64,000 bases of DNA from Chloroflexota bacterium (GCA_005882045.1 VBHO01000010.1:680-64679), one strand, 5' to 3'. Shown: positions 9,438-19,474, counted from the stretch's first letter. Program-made: numbers and translations. Notes: a model not told the origin generated them from the sequence alone.

Positions 9438-10437
9438 CGTCCTATTGCTGATTACGATCCTGATCGCCGTTGGTTTCGACTTCACGAACGGCTTTCACGA
9501 TACCGCCAATGCCATCGCCACGTCGGTGTCGACCCGCGCCGTGTCACCCAGGATGGCGGTCCTGATTTCGGCGGTCCTCAACCTGGCCGGCGCGGTGATC
9601 ACCGTGGTCTTCTTCCAGGCCAAGGTGTCGAATACCATCGGCAAGATCGTCGCCTTCAAGGCGGGTCTCGTGGTGATCATTGCGGCCCTGATTGGAGCAA
9701 TCGCCTGGAACCTCATCACCTGGTACCTCGGACTGCCGAGCAGCTCGACCCACGCGTTGGTTGGGGCCCTGAGCGGGGCTGCCATCGCAGCCGCGCACGG
9801 GGTCGGTGGAGTCCGAGCGTCAGAGTTCTGGAAGACCGTACTCTCGCTCGTCATCTCGCCACCCGCAGGCTTTATCCTGGCCGCGGTCGTCATGACGCTG
9901 TTGCTCGTAGTCCTGCACGGCGCCCGGCCTGCGCCGTTGAACCGCACCTTTCGCAACCTTCAGATTCTCACGGCCGCGCTGGTCTCCTACTCTCACGGGG
10001 CCAACGACGCGCAGAAAACGATGGCGGTGATCACCCTCGCGCTGGTGGCCACGGGTCGTCTTCAGAAGTTTCAGGTGCCGGTTTGGGTCGTTCTCCTATC
10101 CGCGTCGGCGATCGCCTTTGGTACCTACGCGGGTGGATGGCGGATCATCAAAACCCTTGGCTGGCGCATCTACAAGCTGGACCCGCCGACCGGCTTCGCG
10201 GCGCAGTTGACCGGAGCCGCCGTGATCCAGTTCGCAACCCAATTTGGCCTTCCCGTATCGACCACGCACGTCGTGACGGGGTCCGTCATGGGGGCCGGCG
10301 CCTCGCAACGGCTTTCTGCCTTGCGATGGGGCGTAGGAGCCAATATCGTGCTAGCCTGGGTGCTGACAATCCCGGCGGCGGGCCTGATGGCCTGGGTGCT
10401 CTACGCGATCCTCAACACGGCCGGACTGCGCGGATAG
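9430..10437 (+). CDS. pit: Inorganic phosphate transporter, PiT family.
   Basis: MPDVLLLITILIAVGFDFTNGFHDTANAIATSVSTRA contains the hallmark GxxDxxN motif twice (also GANDAQKTM). About 10 TM segments. Confidence 0.88.
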   Translation: MPDVLLLITILIAVGFDFTNGFHDTANAIATSVSTRAVSPRMAVLISAVLNLAGAVITVVFFQAKVSNTIGKIVAFKAGLVVIIAALIGAIAWNLITWYLGLPSSSTHALVGALSGAAIAAAHGVGGVRASEFWKTVLSLVISPPAGFILAAVVMTLLLVVLHGARPAPLNRTFRNLQILTAALVSYSHGANDAQKTMAVITLALVATGRLQKFQVPVWVVLLSASAIAFGTYAGGWRIIKTLGWRIYKLDPPTGFAAQLTGAAVIQFATQFGLPVSTTHVVTGSVMGAGASQRLSALRWGVGANIVLAWVLTIPAAGLMAWVLYAILNTAGLRG

Positions 10438-10446
10438 TCGCTCGAA

Positions 10447-10905
10447 TCAGGGCGCGGCCACATAGCGGGCGCCCGTGATTTTTCCACCGGTCTCCTCGAC
10501 CACCCATGTAGATCCCTTCTCCATGTCGGCCCGCCCCCTTGGTACCAACTCTTGTTCCACGAGCTGCTCGAGGAACTCTTCGACGAGGTCGCCGTGGGTG
10601 CATAGAACGATGTTGCGTCCCTCGAACTGCGCTACCAGGCGGATGAGACTCTCGCCACCGGAGCCTTCTTCCAGGTCCTTCCTTGGCTCGATCGGGAGCT
10701 TGCGTTCTTCGGCCAGCGGCTCGAGGGTCTGCACGCAGCGAACGTAGGGGCTGGAGAGGATCGCGTCGAGCGGTTCTTTCTTGAGCCAGGCCGCGAGCGC
10801 CTCCGCCTGACGGCGGCCGGTCTTGGTCAGTGGCCGCAGCCGATCATCGCCCTCCCACTCGCCACGATCGCCCGCCTTTGCGTGGCGGACAATGTAGATC
10901 GCCAT
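10447..10905 (-). CDS. Histidine phosphatase superfamily protein (SixA/phosphoglycerate-mutase-like).
   Basis: N-terminal catalytic RHAKAGDR (RHG-type motif, MAIYIVRHAKA). Histidine at ...LCTHGDLV. 152 aa, SixA size. Confidence 0.7.
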   Translation of the reverse strand: MAIYIVRHAKAGDRGEWEGDDRLRPLTKTGRRQAEALAAWLKKEPLDAILSSPYVRCVQTLEPLAEERKLPIEPRKDLEEGSGGESLIRLVAQFEGRNIVLCTHGDLVEEFLEQLVEQELVPRGRADMEKGSTWVVEETGGKITGARYVAAP

Positions 10906-10935
10906 CAGGTAATGACGGCCTCGAGCGGAGCCGTG

Positions 10936-11439
10936 CTATCCGGTGGCTTCGAGGTCGAGCGCCCGCAGGAGAGCACGATCCCGGCGATAGCTGAGCAGGT
11001 CGAGCGCATCGTCGATCGTCACCCAGCGGACCTCGTCGATCTCGCTGCCTGCGCGGAACCGGCCGCTGACGACGTCCATCAGCCAGTAGCAGGCGACTTT
11101 GTCACGACCCTTGTGGTCGGTGTACGCCGTGCAGCCGAGCGGCGCCACGAGTTTGCAGCGAAGACCCGTCTCCTCCTCGACCTCGCGCAGCGCGGTTTCC
11201 TCTAACGTTTCCCCACGGTCAACCTTTCCCTTGGGAAAGGACCAGTCGTCGTAGCCCGGGCGGTGGACGACGGCGACGCGCAGTGCGCCGCGGGACCCAT
11301 TTCGACGGACGACGCCTCCCGCGGCCCTCACCAGCTTTGCCTCATCGACGTTCAGGATCTTTGCTGCCATGGACACCCCTTGCGGTATTAGTTGCTGTGA
11401 CGATGGCTGGGTCGAGGCGGCTCGGCTCATATCATCCAC
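10936..11439 (-). CDS. NUDIX hydrolase.
   Basis: Nudix box GKVDRGETLEETALREVEEETGL. Start is either 11439 (13 nt overlap with upstream gene) or the ATG at 11370 (MAAKILNV). Confidence 0.8.
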   Translation of the reverse strand: MDDMSRAASTQPSSQQLIPQGVSMAAKILNVDEAKLVRAAGGVVRRNGSRGALRVAVVHRPGYDDWSFPKGKVDRGETLEETALREVEEETGLRCKLVAPLGCTAYTDHKGRDKVACYWLMDVVSGRFRAGSEIDEVRWVTIDDALDLLSYRRDRALLRALDLEATG

Positions 11440-12905
11440 CTTCTGAGCCGTTTACGGTCAAGTTTTTTCCACACTTTAGGCCATTCCGCCCGATCACGGG
11501 CCGCAACTTCGCGCTCGAGGGCGCACAATTCGCCGGCGACGAAGGCTCGTGATCCACTGCCGGCCCCTCGCAACCACACTTGAGCGGTCGCGCTGTCCTG
11601 ATGATCACCGAGGATGTCCTGGAGGGCCGCGGCGGCCTCGGAAAAGCGCGGCACGGTCTTTCCGGCGATGGGCGCCGCGGCTTCGGCGGCATAACGCGCG
11701 CGCTTGGCGAGGATGCGGATTCGGTGCAGGTCGGCGTCGGCGGCCGGTTCGGGCACGCGCTGTACGCCCTGGCGCAAGCGTTTCCAGTCTCGCCGGGCAA
11801 GCGCAGGCAGGGTGGTCGAGGCCGGTTGATCGGCGTGCGCGGTCAACGCCGGGGCGCGAGAGGCCTCGACCAGCCGCTCGATCAGGTCGATGTATCGGTC
11901 GCTGCGCATATCGAGCACGAGCCGGGCGCGGGCTTCCTCACTCTCCGCTTGCAGTTCATCGGCAAGCTCACCCACGATCGGGGCATCATCGGCGGCCAGT
12001 GCCGTCGTCCGGTCGCGCAACCGCTGGCTCATCACTTGCTTGTCGCGAACGCTGCCCAGGCGGGCACCGAGCCAGCGCAAGTCGGCGAGCCACGCGTTGG
12101 CCCACACGGGATCGAGCAGCGGGCGGAAGGTCCGCAATTGCGAGCGCAGGCGGCGGGTCGCGACCCTGGCCCGGTGGACATCTTCCGGATCGTCGCCCAA
12201 CCGCACGCCGGGGTCGTGACGCAGCAGGCTCGCCACCGACACCGCGATCACGTGCCGGACCAGGTCGCCGGCGCGCGCGGTCGGCGCCAGCAGGATGGGC
12301 TCGACCTCGGGCGCGGCCGTCGCCCGCGCCCCGAGCGCGCGCACGAGCTTCGATGCCTGGTCCTCGTCGGACGCGCCGGCGTGACGCAAGCGCGCGAGGA
12401 TGGGATCCAGTAGGCGATCCGCCGACGGATCGCGCAACTCGACCTCGACCTCGCGGAAACGGTTCTGGATGCGAAGTCCCTGGATGACGGAAACGTCGTC
12501 ATCGACGACCTCGGCCAGCACGGCCCCATCCTTGTTCTTGAGTTGCACCCGCCGGCGCACGGTAGAGAGGCTGGCCACCGGCACGAGCGTGGAGCGGCGC
12601 ACGTACGCGATCACGAGCGCGAGCGCCGCATCCGGTGGCCGGTTGCCATCGCCTGGAAACTCGAGCTCCCGCCGGTTCAGCGTCGGGCCTTCGCTCATGG
12701 TCGGGAGCTTGAGGGTCCAACCTTCACCCTGGCGCAGGCGCAGGTTGCAGCCCCAGCGCGCCAGGCGTAAGTCCGGTGTGTCGTAGTAGACGGTCTCCAG
12801 GCGGCGCTCGTCCACGGGCGACGTATCGACCGCCGCCGCTACGTCCTCGAGATTCGGTAGATGGAAACTGGGCGTGACCGCGAGCTTGATCTCGCGCTCA
12901 AGCAT
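11427..12905 (-). CDS. CYTH (triphosphate tunnel metalloenzyme)-CHAD two-domain protein.
   Basis: N-terminal MLEREIKLAV (CYTH ExExK motif) plus downstream beta-strands with conserved acidic/basic residues. C-terminal helical region with CHAD-like features (HRARVATRRLRSQLRTF...RDKQV...LHRIRILAKRARYAAE). The internal ATG at 12905 was chosen because it is tightly coupled to the ppk1 stop at 12898. Confidence 0.7.
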   Translation of the reverse strand: MLEREIKLAVTPSFHLPNLEDVAAAVDTSPVDERRLETVYYDTPDLRLARWGCNLRLRQGEGWTLKLPTMSEGPTLNRRELEFPGDGNRPPDAALALVIAYVRRSTLVPVASLSTVRRRVQLKNKDGAVLAEVVDDDVSVIQGLRIQNRFREVEVELRDPSADRLLDPILARLRHAGASDEDQASKLVRALGARATAAPEVEPILLAPTARAGDLVRHVIAVSVASLLRHDPGVRLGDDPEDVHRARVATRRLRSQLRTFRPLLDPVWANAWLADLRWLGARLGSVRDKQVMSQRLRDRTTALAADDAPIVGELADELQAESEEARARLVLDMRSDRYIDLIERLVEASRAPALTAHADQPASTTLPALARRDWKRLRQGVQRVPEPAADADLHRIRILAKRARYAAEAAAPIAGKTVPRFSEAAAALQDILGDHQDSATAQVWLRGAGSGSRAFVAGELCALEREVAARDRAEWPKVWKKLDRKRLRRWMI

Positions 12906-15120
12906 CCGGCGTGTGCCCGTTCGTCCCGTTCGTTGCCGCCGCGCGTGCCGCGGCCAATTGCTCGAAGGCCTGCTGCGCATTGACGCCCTTGACCGTCGGG
13001 ATCTTCGACCAGGACCCGTTCGACTGCAGGCCCCAAGCGAGTACGTCGTCATCGAGCTCGACATCGAGGATCTGCGCCAGCCGATCCTGCAACGTGCCAT
13101 CGAGGACGGGAACCATTGCCTCGACACGGCGATCGAGGTTCCGCGGCATCAGGTCCGACGAACCGAGATAGTATTCGGCCGCATCGCCGTCTGGACCGAA
13201 TCGAAAGATTCGTGAATGCTCGAGGAAGCGGCCGATCAACGAGCGCACGCGGATTCGGCCGGAAAGGCCAGGCACGCCAGGCCGCAAGGAGCAGAGACCG
13301 CGGACGATCAGGTCGACTTCGGTCCCGGCCTGGGATGCGGCGTAGAGCGCCTCGACGATTTCGGGGTCGACCAGGCTGTTGACCTTGAGGATGATGCGAC
13401 CGCCGCCCGGACGGGCGGCTTCGCGCCGGATCATGCGGATGATGTTGGAGCGCAAGCCCACCGGCGCGACCAGGAGCCGGCCGAATCGACGCTGGCGGCT
13501 GTAGCCGGTGAGGAAGTTGAAGAGCTCGGAGACGTCCGAGCCCAGCTCGGGGTCCGCCGAGAGCAAGCCGACGTCTTCATAGATCTGTGCGGTCTTGGGA
13601 TTGTAGTTGCCGGTGCCGACGTGGACATAGCGTCGGATGCCATCTGTTTCTCGTCGAACAACCAGCGCGACTTTTGCGTGCGTCTTGAGGCCGACGACGC
13701 CATAGACGACGTGGACGCCGACCTGCTCCAGCTCCTGGGCCCACGCGATATTCGCTTGCTCGTCACCGCGCGCCTTCAGTTCGACGAGCGCCACCACCTG
13801 CTTGCCGCTCTCGGCCGCGCGGATCAGCGCCCGGACGATAGGACTCACCGGGCCAGAGGTGCGATAGAGCGTCTGCTTGATGGCAAGGACGTCGGGATCG
13901 TTGGCCGCCTGGTCGATGAAGGCTTCCGCCGAGGTGGTGAAGGAGTCATAGGGGTGATGGACGAGGATGTCCCCGTCCTTGAGGGCCTCGAAGATATCGG
14001 CCTGCTCGACCCCGACGCCCTGCAGCCGCCGCTGGGTGACGGGAGTCCATGGCTCGCCCTTGAGATCGGGACGGTCGAGCGCGTAGATCGCCCAGAGGCT
14101 GCTCAGGTCGAGGAGGCCGTCGACGCGGTAGACGTCCGTGGGTTCGAGCTCGAGCTCACGGACGAGCAGGCCCAACACTTCGTCGGACATTCCGGCATCG
14201 ACTTCGAGTCGGACGACCTGCGCCTTGCGCTGCTGCCGGCGCAACTCGTTCTGGATGGCGGCCAGCAGGTCCGCCGCTTCCTCGTCGACCAGGTCGAGGT
14301 CGGCGTCGCGTGTCACCCGGAAGGGGTGCTGGCTGACGATCTCCATACCGGGAAACAGCTCGCCCACGTAGAGCGCAATCACCTGCTCGAGCGGAATGAA
14401 CCGCTTCCCGTCCGGCAAAGCGATGAAGCGAGGCAGCAACGGCGGCACCTTGACACGGGCGAAGCGCATCTGGTGACGGACCGGGTCGCGCACCATCACC
14501 GCGAGGTTGAGCGAGAGGTGAGAAATGTACGGAAAGGGATGCGCCGGATCCACCGCGAGCGGCGTGAGCACGGGGAAAATCCGGGCACGAAACTCGGCGA
14601 GGAGGAAGTCGTGAGCCGTCTCATCGAGGTCGGCGACCGAGGCGATCGAGACCCCTTGCTGCTCGAGGGCCGGTGCGATATGGCGCGTGAAAAGATCGGT
14701 ACTTCGCTGGAGGAGGGCCCCGGACCGCTGGTGAATGGCTCGCAGCTGCTCGCCGGTGGTCATGCCGTCGGGCGAGGTCTGCGGGAGGGCGGCGTGAACC
14801 TGCTCCTTCAGGCCGGCGACCCGGACCTGGAAGAACTGGTCGACGTTCTCGCCCAGGATCGCCAGAAACCGCACCCGCTCGAGCAGCGGCAGCGACTCGT
14901 CCTCGGCCATGGCCAGCACGCGATCGTCGAAGTCGAGCTGGGAAAGCTCCCGGTTCAGGTAGCGCGGCTGCGATTGGACCGGGGCCGGCTGCGCGGGAGG
15001 GGCTTCAATGGTTGCACCCTGGACGGTCGGTGCTGAAGCTACCGGCATTTGGTCCCAGAGTGACACGGAAGCGGGCTGGGCAGCCGCGGACGCTTCGAAC
15101 TTAGGCGTGCCTTCCCCCAT
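12898..15120 (-). CDS. ppk: Polyphosphate kinase 1.
   Basis: PPK1 N-terminus RYLNRELSQLDFDDRVLAMAED...ERVRFLAILGENVDQFF. PLD-like HxK motifs (HAKVALVVRRE). About 700-aa length. Start may be the internal M at 15048. Confidence 0.9.
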   Translation of the reverse strand: MGEGTPKFEASAAAQPASVSLWDQMPVASAPTVQGATIEAPPAQPAPVQSQPRYLNRELSQLDFDDRVLAMAEDESLPLLERVRFLAILGENVDQFFQVRVAGLKEQVHAALPQTSPDGMTTGEQLRAIHQRSGALLQRSTDLFTRHIAPALEQQGVSIASVADLDETAHDFLLAEFRARIFPVLTPLAVDPAHPFPYISHLSLNLAVMVRDPVRHQMRFARVKVPPLLPRFIALPDGKRFIPLEQVIALYVGELFPGMEIVSQHPFRVTRDADLDLVDEEAADLLAAIQNELRRQQRKAQVVRLEVDAGMSDEVLGLLVRELELEPTDVYRVDGLLDLSSLWAIYALDRPDLKGEPWTPVTQRRLQGVGVEQADIFEALKDGDILVHHPYDSFTTSAEAFIDQAANDPDVLAIKQTLYRTSGPVSPIVRALIRAAESGKQVVALVELKARGDEQANIAWAQELEQVGVHVVYGVVGLKTHAKVALVVRRETDGIRRYVHVGTGNYNPKTAQIYEDVGLLSADPELGSDVSELFNFLTGYSRQRRFGRLLVAPVGLRSNIIRMIRREAARPGGGRIILKVNSLVDPEIVEALYAASQAGTEVDLIVRGLCSLRPGVPGLSGRIRVRSLIGRFLEHSRIFRFGPDGDAAEYYLGSSDLMPRNLDRRVEAMVPVLDGTLQDRLAQILDVELDDDVLAWGLQSNGSWSKIPTVKGVNAQQAFEQLAAARAAATNGTNGHTPDA

Positions 15121-15162
15121 CGGTCAAGTATAGGAAGGCCAGATTAAGGGACGGGTTGCGGC

Positions 15163-16362
15163 TCAGCCGCCCTTATCTGGGGCCCTCGCATATTCGTCTG
15201 GCAGGTCCACGCCGAACTTGTCATGAAGGGCGTAGACGTCGTGAAAGTCCGCGTCACCTGGATCGTAACCGGCGTGGTTGGCGACTTGATATTCGGCGGT
15301 CATGCACCGCACGGATTCGCCGTCGATCGTCCCGGTGCCGGTAAAGGCAACGGCCGGAAAGGCCAGCCCAGTGCCGTCGTCTGGCTGCGGCCCATACAGT
15401 CCATCGCCCGCCCCATCAAAGACCACACCGTGCAGATCAACCTCCCGGCCCCGCCCATCAGCCATGACGAAGTTGAAGGGTCGTGCCGCCTCCTCGACCC
15501 GACGAAATCCGGCCGCACCAAGCACATCGGCGAGACGGTCTATCTCGCTCTGGCGGAGCACGAGGTCGATGTCATCGTGTGGTCGACTCTGTTTGCCGAG
15601 AAGCGCATCGACACCCCACCCACCATCGACCCACACATCGAGCCCTTGGCTCTTCAGGAGCCGGAGGATCTCCGCCGCATCCGCCTCCGTCATTTCGGCC
15701 GTTGAGCCTCGTATTGGCCGGAGTCCCCTGAGCACGTACGGGAGTCTCTCGAGCGACGTGATCACGGGAACGTCCATCGCTTCCGCTTTCCGGGCGTGCA
15801 CTTCACCCCAGGGCCCGCGTCCGAGCAAGATGCCGTAAACTCCGGCCGCTCTCGATGGAATCACATCGGTATCGAGCCGGTCTCCCACGTACGCAATTTG
15901 CTCCGGCGGAACGCCCGCCGTTTCGATCAGGCGTTGAAAGAATGCTGTCGAGGGCTTGCTGGCTCCCCAACGGTCCGGCGCCCCCAGAACATCGACCGGA
16001 AGGTCGGCATCCAGCATGGCCTGCTCGATGACGTCTGAAGGAAAGTTGCCGGCGACGCCCACGAGGCGGCCCCTTGCCTTCACATTAGCCAGGCATGGTC
16101 GAGCATCGGCGTAGACATCACTTGCTCGAAGGCGGTGGGGCCGTCCGGCTCGTATCCGCGCAATCTGCTCGGCCTCAAGGTCAAATCCGGGTCGCAGAAG
16201 TTCGAAGGCCTCACGATGATCTCGTCCCTGCGCAATAACCTCGCGCAGGGTCGTAAACAGCCGTTCCTCGTCCACACCAAGCCAGTCGGCCCATTCGCGC
16301 CACAACCGCGTCTCATCGAAGAGGGTATAGCCGACGTCGAAAAATACCGCGCGGATGATCAT
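15163..16362 (-). CDS. Fusion protein: N-terminal HAD-superfamily hydrolase domain + C-terminal ANT(2'')/Lnu-like nucleotidyltransferase domain.
   Basis: HAD motif I-like FFDVGYTLFD and motif IV YVGDRLDTDV. C-terminal AAEILRLLKSQGLDVWVDGGWGVDALLG...HDDIDLVL resembles the aminoglycoside-2''-adenylyltransferase / lincosamide NTase family. Confidence 0.6.
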   Translation of the reverse strand: MIIRAVFFDVGYTLFDETRLWREWADWLGVDEERLFTTLREVIAQGRDHREAFELLRPGFDLEAEQIARIRAGRPHRLRASDVYADARPCLANVKARGRLVGVAGNFPSDVIEQAMLDADLPVDVLGAPDRWGASKPSTAFFQRLIETAGVPPEQIAYVGDRLDTDVIPSRAAGVYGILLGRGPWGEVHARKAEAMDVPVITSLERLPYVLRGLRPIRGSTAEMTEADAAEILRLLKSQGLDVWVDGGWGVDALLGKQSRPHDDIDLVLRQSEIDRLADVLGAAGFRRVEEAARPFNFVMADGRGREVDLHGVVFDGAGDGLYGPQPDDGTGLAFPAVAFTGTGTIDGESVRCMTAEYQVANHAGYDPGDADFHDVYALHDKFGVDLPDEYARAPDKGG

Positions 16363-16379
16363 TGGTCCGAGGTGTCAGA

Positions 16380-16455
16380 TGGAGCGGGAGACGAGACTCG
16401 AACTCGCGACTCCGACCTTGGGAAGGTCGTACTCTACCAACTGAGTTACTCCCGC
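16380..16455 (-). tRNA. tRNA-Gly (anticodon CCC), encodes 3' CCA.
   Basis: Folded by hand on the minus strand: acceptor GCGGGAG/CTCCCGC, D-arm ACTC-AGTTGGTA-GAGT, anticodon stem CGACC/GGTCG with loop TTCCCAA (U33, CCC, A37), T-arm GCGAG-TTCGAGT-CTCGT, discriminator U, CCA. Confidence 0.9.
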
Positions 16456-16964
16456 TCGGCTAGCCGGATTTTAGCATCGCTCCTTCGCAGGTCCTGGCAC
16501 ATCGGCCAGATGACCCCGATCAACTCGGCCATGCGCGCCGCCGTCACTTTCACCCGGGCCGCATCGAAGACCTCGACCGGGTGGGTTTCGTACAGCCGAA
16601 TCCAGCCACGATCCCAGGGCTCGAGGTCGATCCGCTCGCCGAGGCGCGCCTTGATCATCAGCAACTGCCGTGCCAGCCCGGCGGCGATCCGCTCGTTTAA
16701 GGCCGGCGCCGCCTCCAGGTGAAGGCCCAGCTCGAGCCGGCCCGTGTTGCGATGCCACCAGGCCTCGAAATGCAGGCGCGGGTCGTCGTAGAACCACTGC
16801 GCCTGGCTGGAGCGGACCCGGTGGCTGACCTCCTTCAACCGCGCAGGGAGGGCGGCCTTCACGGGTGCCGGCAATGCCCGGAAGAATCCGGCCGTGCGCA
16901 CGAATCGACGCTCGTTGCGAGCGCGCGCACCCGGTCGGGCGGGAACGATGGGCCGGATCGGCAC
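16446..16964 (-). CDS. Hypothetical protein (no recognisable domain).
   Basis: 172-aa ORF with coding-like GC3. Its stop overlaps the tRNA 5' end by about 10 nt. Function unknown. Confidence 0.4.
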   Translation of the reverse strand: MPIRPIVPARPGARARNERRFVRTAGFFRALPAPVKAALPARLKEVSHRVRSSQAQWFYDDPRLHFEAWWHRNTGRLELGLHLEAAPALNERIAAGLARQLLMIKARLGERIDLEPWDRGWIRLYETHPVEVFDAARVKVTAARMAELIGVIWPMCQDLRRSDAKIRLAERE

Positions 16965-16978
16965 GCGGGCGTGCCGAC

Positions 16979-19474
16979 TTAGCGGGCGGCCGCCGGGCTG
17001 ACCGAGCCCGTGTCGCCGACGGCGGTTTTAACCATGGCGCTGTAGCGGTCGGCCAGGGCGCGCGCCTTGTCCGAGTCCTCCATGCTGACGATGATGTGGT
17101 AGCGCGGCATGTCCGGGTCGGGCAGCACCAGCACCCATCCGCCGTCCACGAACACCTTGATCCCGTCGGCGAGATCGACCGGCGCGTCGCGGTGCATCTC
17201 CACTATGGTGCGCATCACCCGACCCTTGGCGTCCCACGGCACGGTCTCGAGCCGGTGCTCGTAGGCCTCCCGCGGCACCTCCTTCCGAACGGCGGAGACC
17301 GCCCGCCCATCCTTGGCGAGCAGCTCGAGCAGCTTGATCAGTGTGAAGATGGCGTCGAACCCCAGCAGGTGGTCGGGGAAAACGTAGCCGCCGTTCGCGT
17401 CCGACGCCAGCCGGGCCTGGTGCTGCTGCGCGGCGCGCAACAGCGAGGATGGCTCCGTCTTGCCGGGCACGAAGTGTGATCCCGGCACCTGCCGCACCAG
17501 GGCGGCGATCGTTTGCGGCACCGTCGCCGGCGCGAGCAGCACGCCGGGCTTCGCCTTCAACGCCAGCAGGGCGATCACGCCCAGCGCCTCGTGGTGGTCG
17601 AGCAACTCGCCCTGCTCATCGATCAAAAAGAGCCGCTCCGAGCCGTAGTCGATGTAGGCGCCCAGCTTGCAGCCGAGCGTGCGCGTGATCAGCGCCGACT
17701 GCCGGCGCGCCTCGTCGAAGGCCTCATTCGTTTTCGACTGGTAGGTCTCGTCGAAGCCGGCGTTCAGCGGAATCGCCTCGATGTTAAGTTCCTTGAAGAG
17801 ACGCGGCAGCACCAGTGAGGCGCTGCCGTGATCGAAGTCGACCAGCACTTTCAAGTGCCCCTGGCGGATGGCCTCGACATCGATCAACCCGATCAGCCCG
17901 TCGATGTAGGAATCGATCGCGTCCTGCGGGTAGGTGATGTCGCCCATCTCATAGAAATGCACGCGGCGGATGTCCTCTCGGAAGAAGAGATTCTCCAGCT
18001 TGCGCTCCACCTTCTTGTCGAGCACCACGCCGCTGGCGTCGAACATCCGGATGTCCGCGGAGCGGCTGTCGAGCGGTGACATCTGGATATGGATGGCGCC
18101 GGCGATCCGATGACCGAGCGCGTAGTACTGGACCACGGGGATCGGGAGCTCGCTCAGGTCGATGATCGAGGCGCCGGACGAGATCATGCCGGCGACCATC
18201 GCCCGCTTGATCATTCGCGAGGGACGCTGGCCGTCGCGGGCGGCCGCCACCGCGGCACCCTTGGGAAAGAGCGCGGCGAAGGAGGCGCCCAGGCGGGCGC
18301 AGTACTCGGGCGTGAGCTCGATGTTGATCAGGCCGACGAGACCGTTGGAGGAGAACAGCCCCCGCTTGTAGTGGCCGGCCCAGATGATGCTCTCGTGGAC
18401 CGTCGACCCCGGTTCGATCTGCTTGTCGGGCCAGATTTTCACCCCGGCATCGATCGTGGTGCCCTCACCGACGACGACGTCGTCACCGATCACCGCGCCC
18501 TCCTCGAGCAGGCAGCCGTTCTTGATGGTGGCGTGGCGGCAGACGATCGCCTGGCGCAACCGCGAATTTTCCCCGATATAGGAATAGGTCCAGATGATCG
18601 AGTTGCTGACCTTGGTGTTCTCGTCGATCACGGAGAAATTCCCGACGCACGCCGGCCCATTGATGAAGACGCCCGCCTTGAGCTTGCATTCGTTGCCGAT
18701 GTACGCCGGGCCATTGATGCGCACGTCGTAGCCGATCTCGACGTCCTCGCCAATCCACACGTTGCCATGCCGCCGCTCACCCGCGATCTCGACATCGACC
18801 CGTCCCTCGAGCGCGTCCCAGTTCGCCTGGTAGTACGTCTGGATGTTGCCGATGTCGCACCAGTAGCCGGGCGCCAGGAAGCCGTAGAGCGGCATGGCGC
18901 TGGCCAGCATCTTGGGGAAGACGTCGCTGCTCCAGTCCACCACCGTCGCCGGCGGCATCATGTCGAGTACCGTCGGCTCGATGATGTAGATCCCGGTGTT
19001 GACCTGGTCGGAGAAGACCTCGCCCCAGGATGGCTTTTCGAGAAAGCGGTTGATGGTGCCGTCCGGGTTGGTGATCACGACCCCGTACTCGAGCGGGTTC
19101 GGCACCGAGGTCAGCACGATGGTGGCCGCTGCGCCCTTTTCCTCGTGGAATTGCATCACGCGCGTCAGGTCGATGTCGGTGAGGGCGTCGCCGCTGATGA
19201 CGATGAACGGCTCGTCCAGGAACTCCTGCGCATTCTTGACACTGCCGGCCGTGCCCAGTGGCGAATCTTCGACCACGTAGGTGATGTCGACGCCGAAGTC
19301 CGAACCGTCGCCGAAATAGTCGCGGATCGCCGAGCCAAGATACTGCAGGGTCACGACCACATCGGTGATCCCGTGCTTTTTGAGCAGGCGAAGGATGTGC
19401 TCCATCACCGGCACCCCGCTCGTGAGCGGCCGCAGCCGTGAGCCCTCACCGCCCGCCATCACGACCGCCTTCAT
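16979..19474 (-). CDS. Bifunctional NDP-sugar pyrophosphorylase (mannose-1-phosphate guanylyltransferase-like, with left-handed beta-helix) / phosphomannomutase-phosphoglucomutase-like protein.
   Basis: N-terminus [18 protein letters not shown] (G-x-G-x-R NTP_transferase motif). Hexapeptide-repeat region ([21 protein letters not shown]). C-terminal alpha-D-phosphohexomutase-like domains. Start at internal ATG 19474; the ORF extends to 19552. Confidence 0.8.
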   Translation of the reverse strand: MKAVVMAGGEGSRLRPLTSGVPVMEHILRLLKKHGITDVVVTLQYLGSAIRDYFGDGSDFGVDITYVVEDSPLGTAGSVKNAQEFLDEPFIVISGDALTDIDLTRVMQFHEEKGAAATIVLTSVPNPLEYGVVITNPDGTINRFLEKPSWGEVFSDQVNTGIYIIEPTVLDMMPPATVVDWSSDVFPKMLASAMPLYGFLAPGYWCDIGNIQTYYQANWDALEGRVDVEIAGERRHGNVWIGEDVEIGYDVRINGPAYIGNECKLKAGVFINGPACVGNFSVIDENTKVSNSIIWTYSYIGENSRLRQAIVCRHATIKNGCLLEEGAVIGDDVVVGEGTTIDAGVKIWPDKQIEPGSTVHESIIWAGHYKRGLFSSNGLVGLINIELTPEYCARLGASFAALFPKGAAVAAARDGQRPSRMIKRAMVAGMISSGASIIDLSELPIPVVQYYALGHRIAGAIHIQMSPLDSRSADIRMFDASGVVLDKKVERKLENLFFREDIRRVHFYEMGDITYPQDAIDSYIDGLIGLIDVEAIRQGHLKVLVDFDHGSASLVLPRLFKELNIEAIPLNAGFDETYQSKTNEAFDEARRQSALITRTLGCKLGAYIDYGSERLFLIDEQGELLDHHEALGVIALLALKAKPGVLLAPATVPQTIAALVRQVPGSHFVPGKTEPSSLLRAAQQHQARLASDANGGYVFPDHLLGFDAIFTLIKLLELLAKDGRAVSAVRKEVPREAYEHRLETVPWDAKGRVMRTIVEMHRDAPVDLADGIKVFVDGGWVLVLPDPDMPRYHIIVSMEDSDKARALADRYSAMVKTAVGDTGSVSPAAAR

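Noticed and set aside
16362-16460. tRNA-adjacent region inspected for integrase, att-site duplication or other mobile-element signatures
   Set aside because: No integrase or recombinase ORF and no repeated tRNA 3' fragment were found within the window. The island hypothesis stays speculative and is mentioned only under the HAD-NTase finding.
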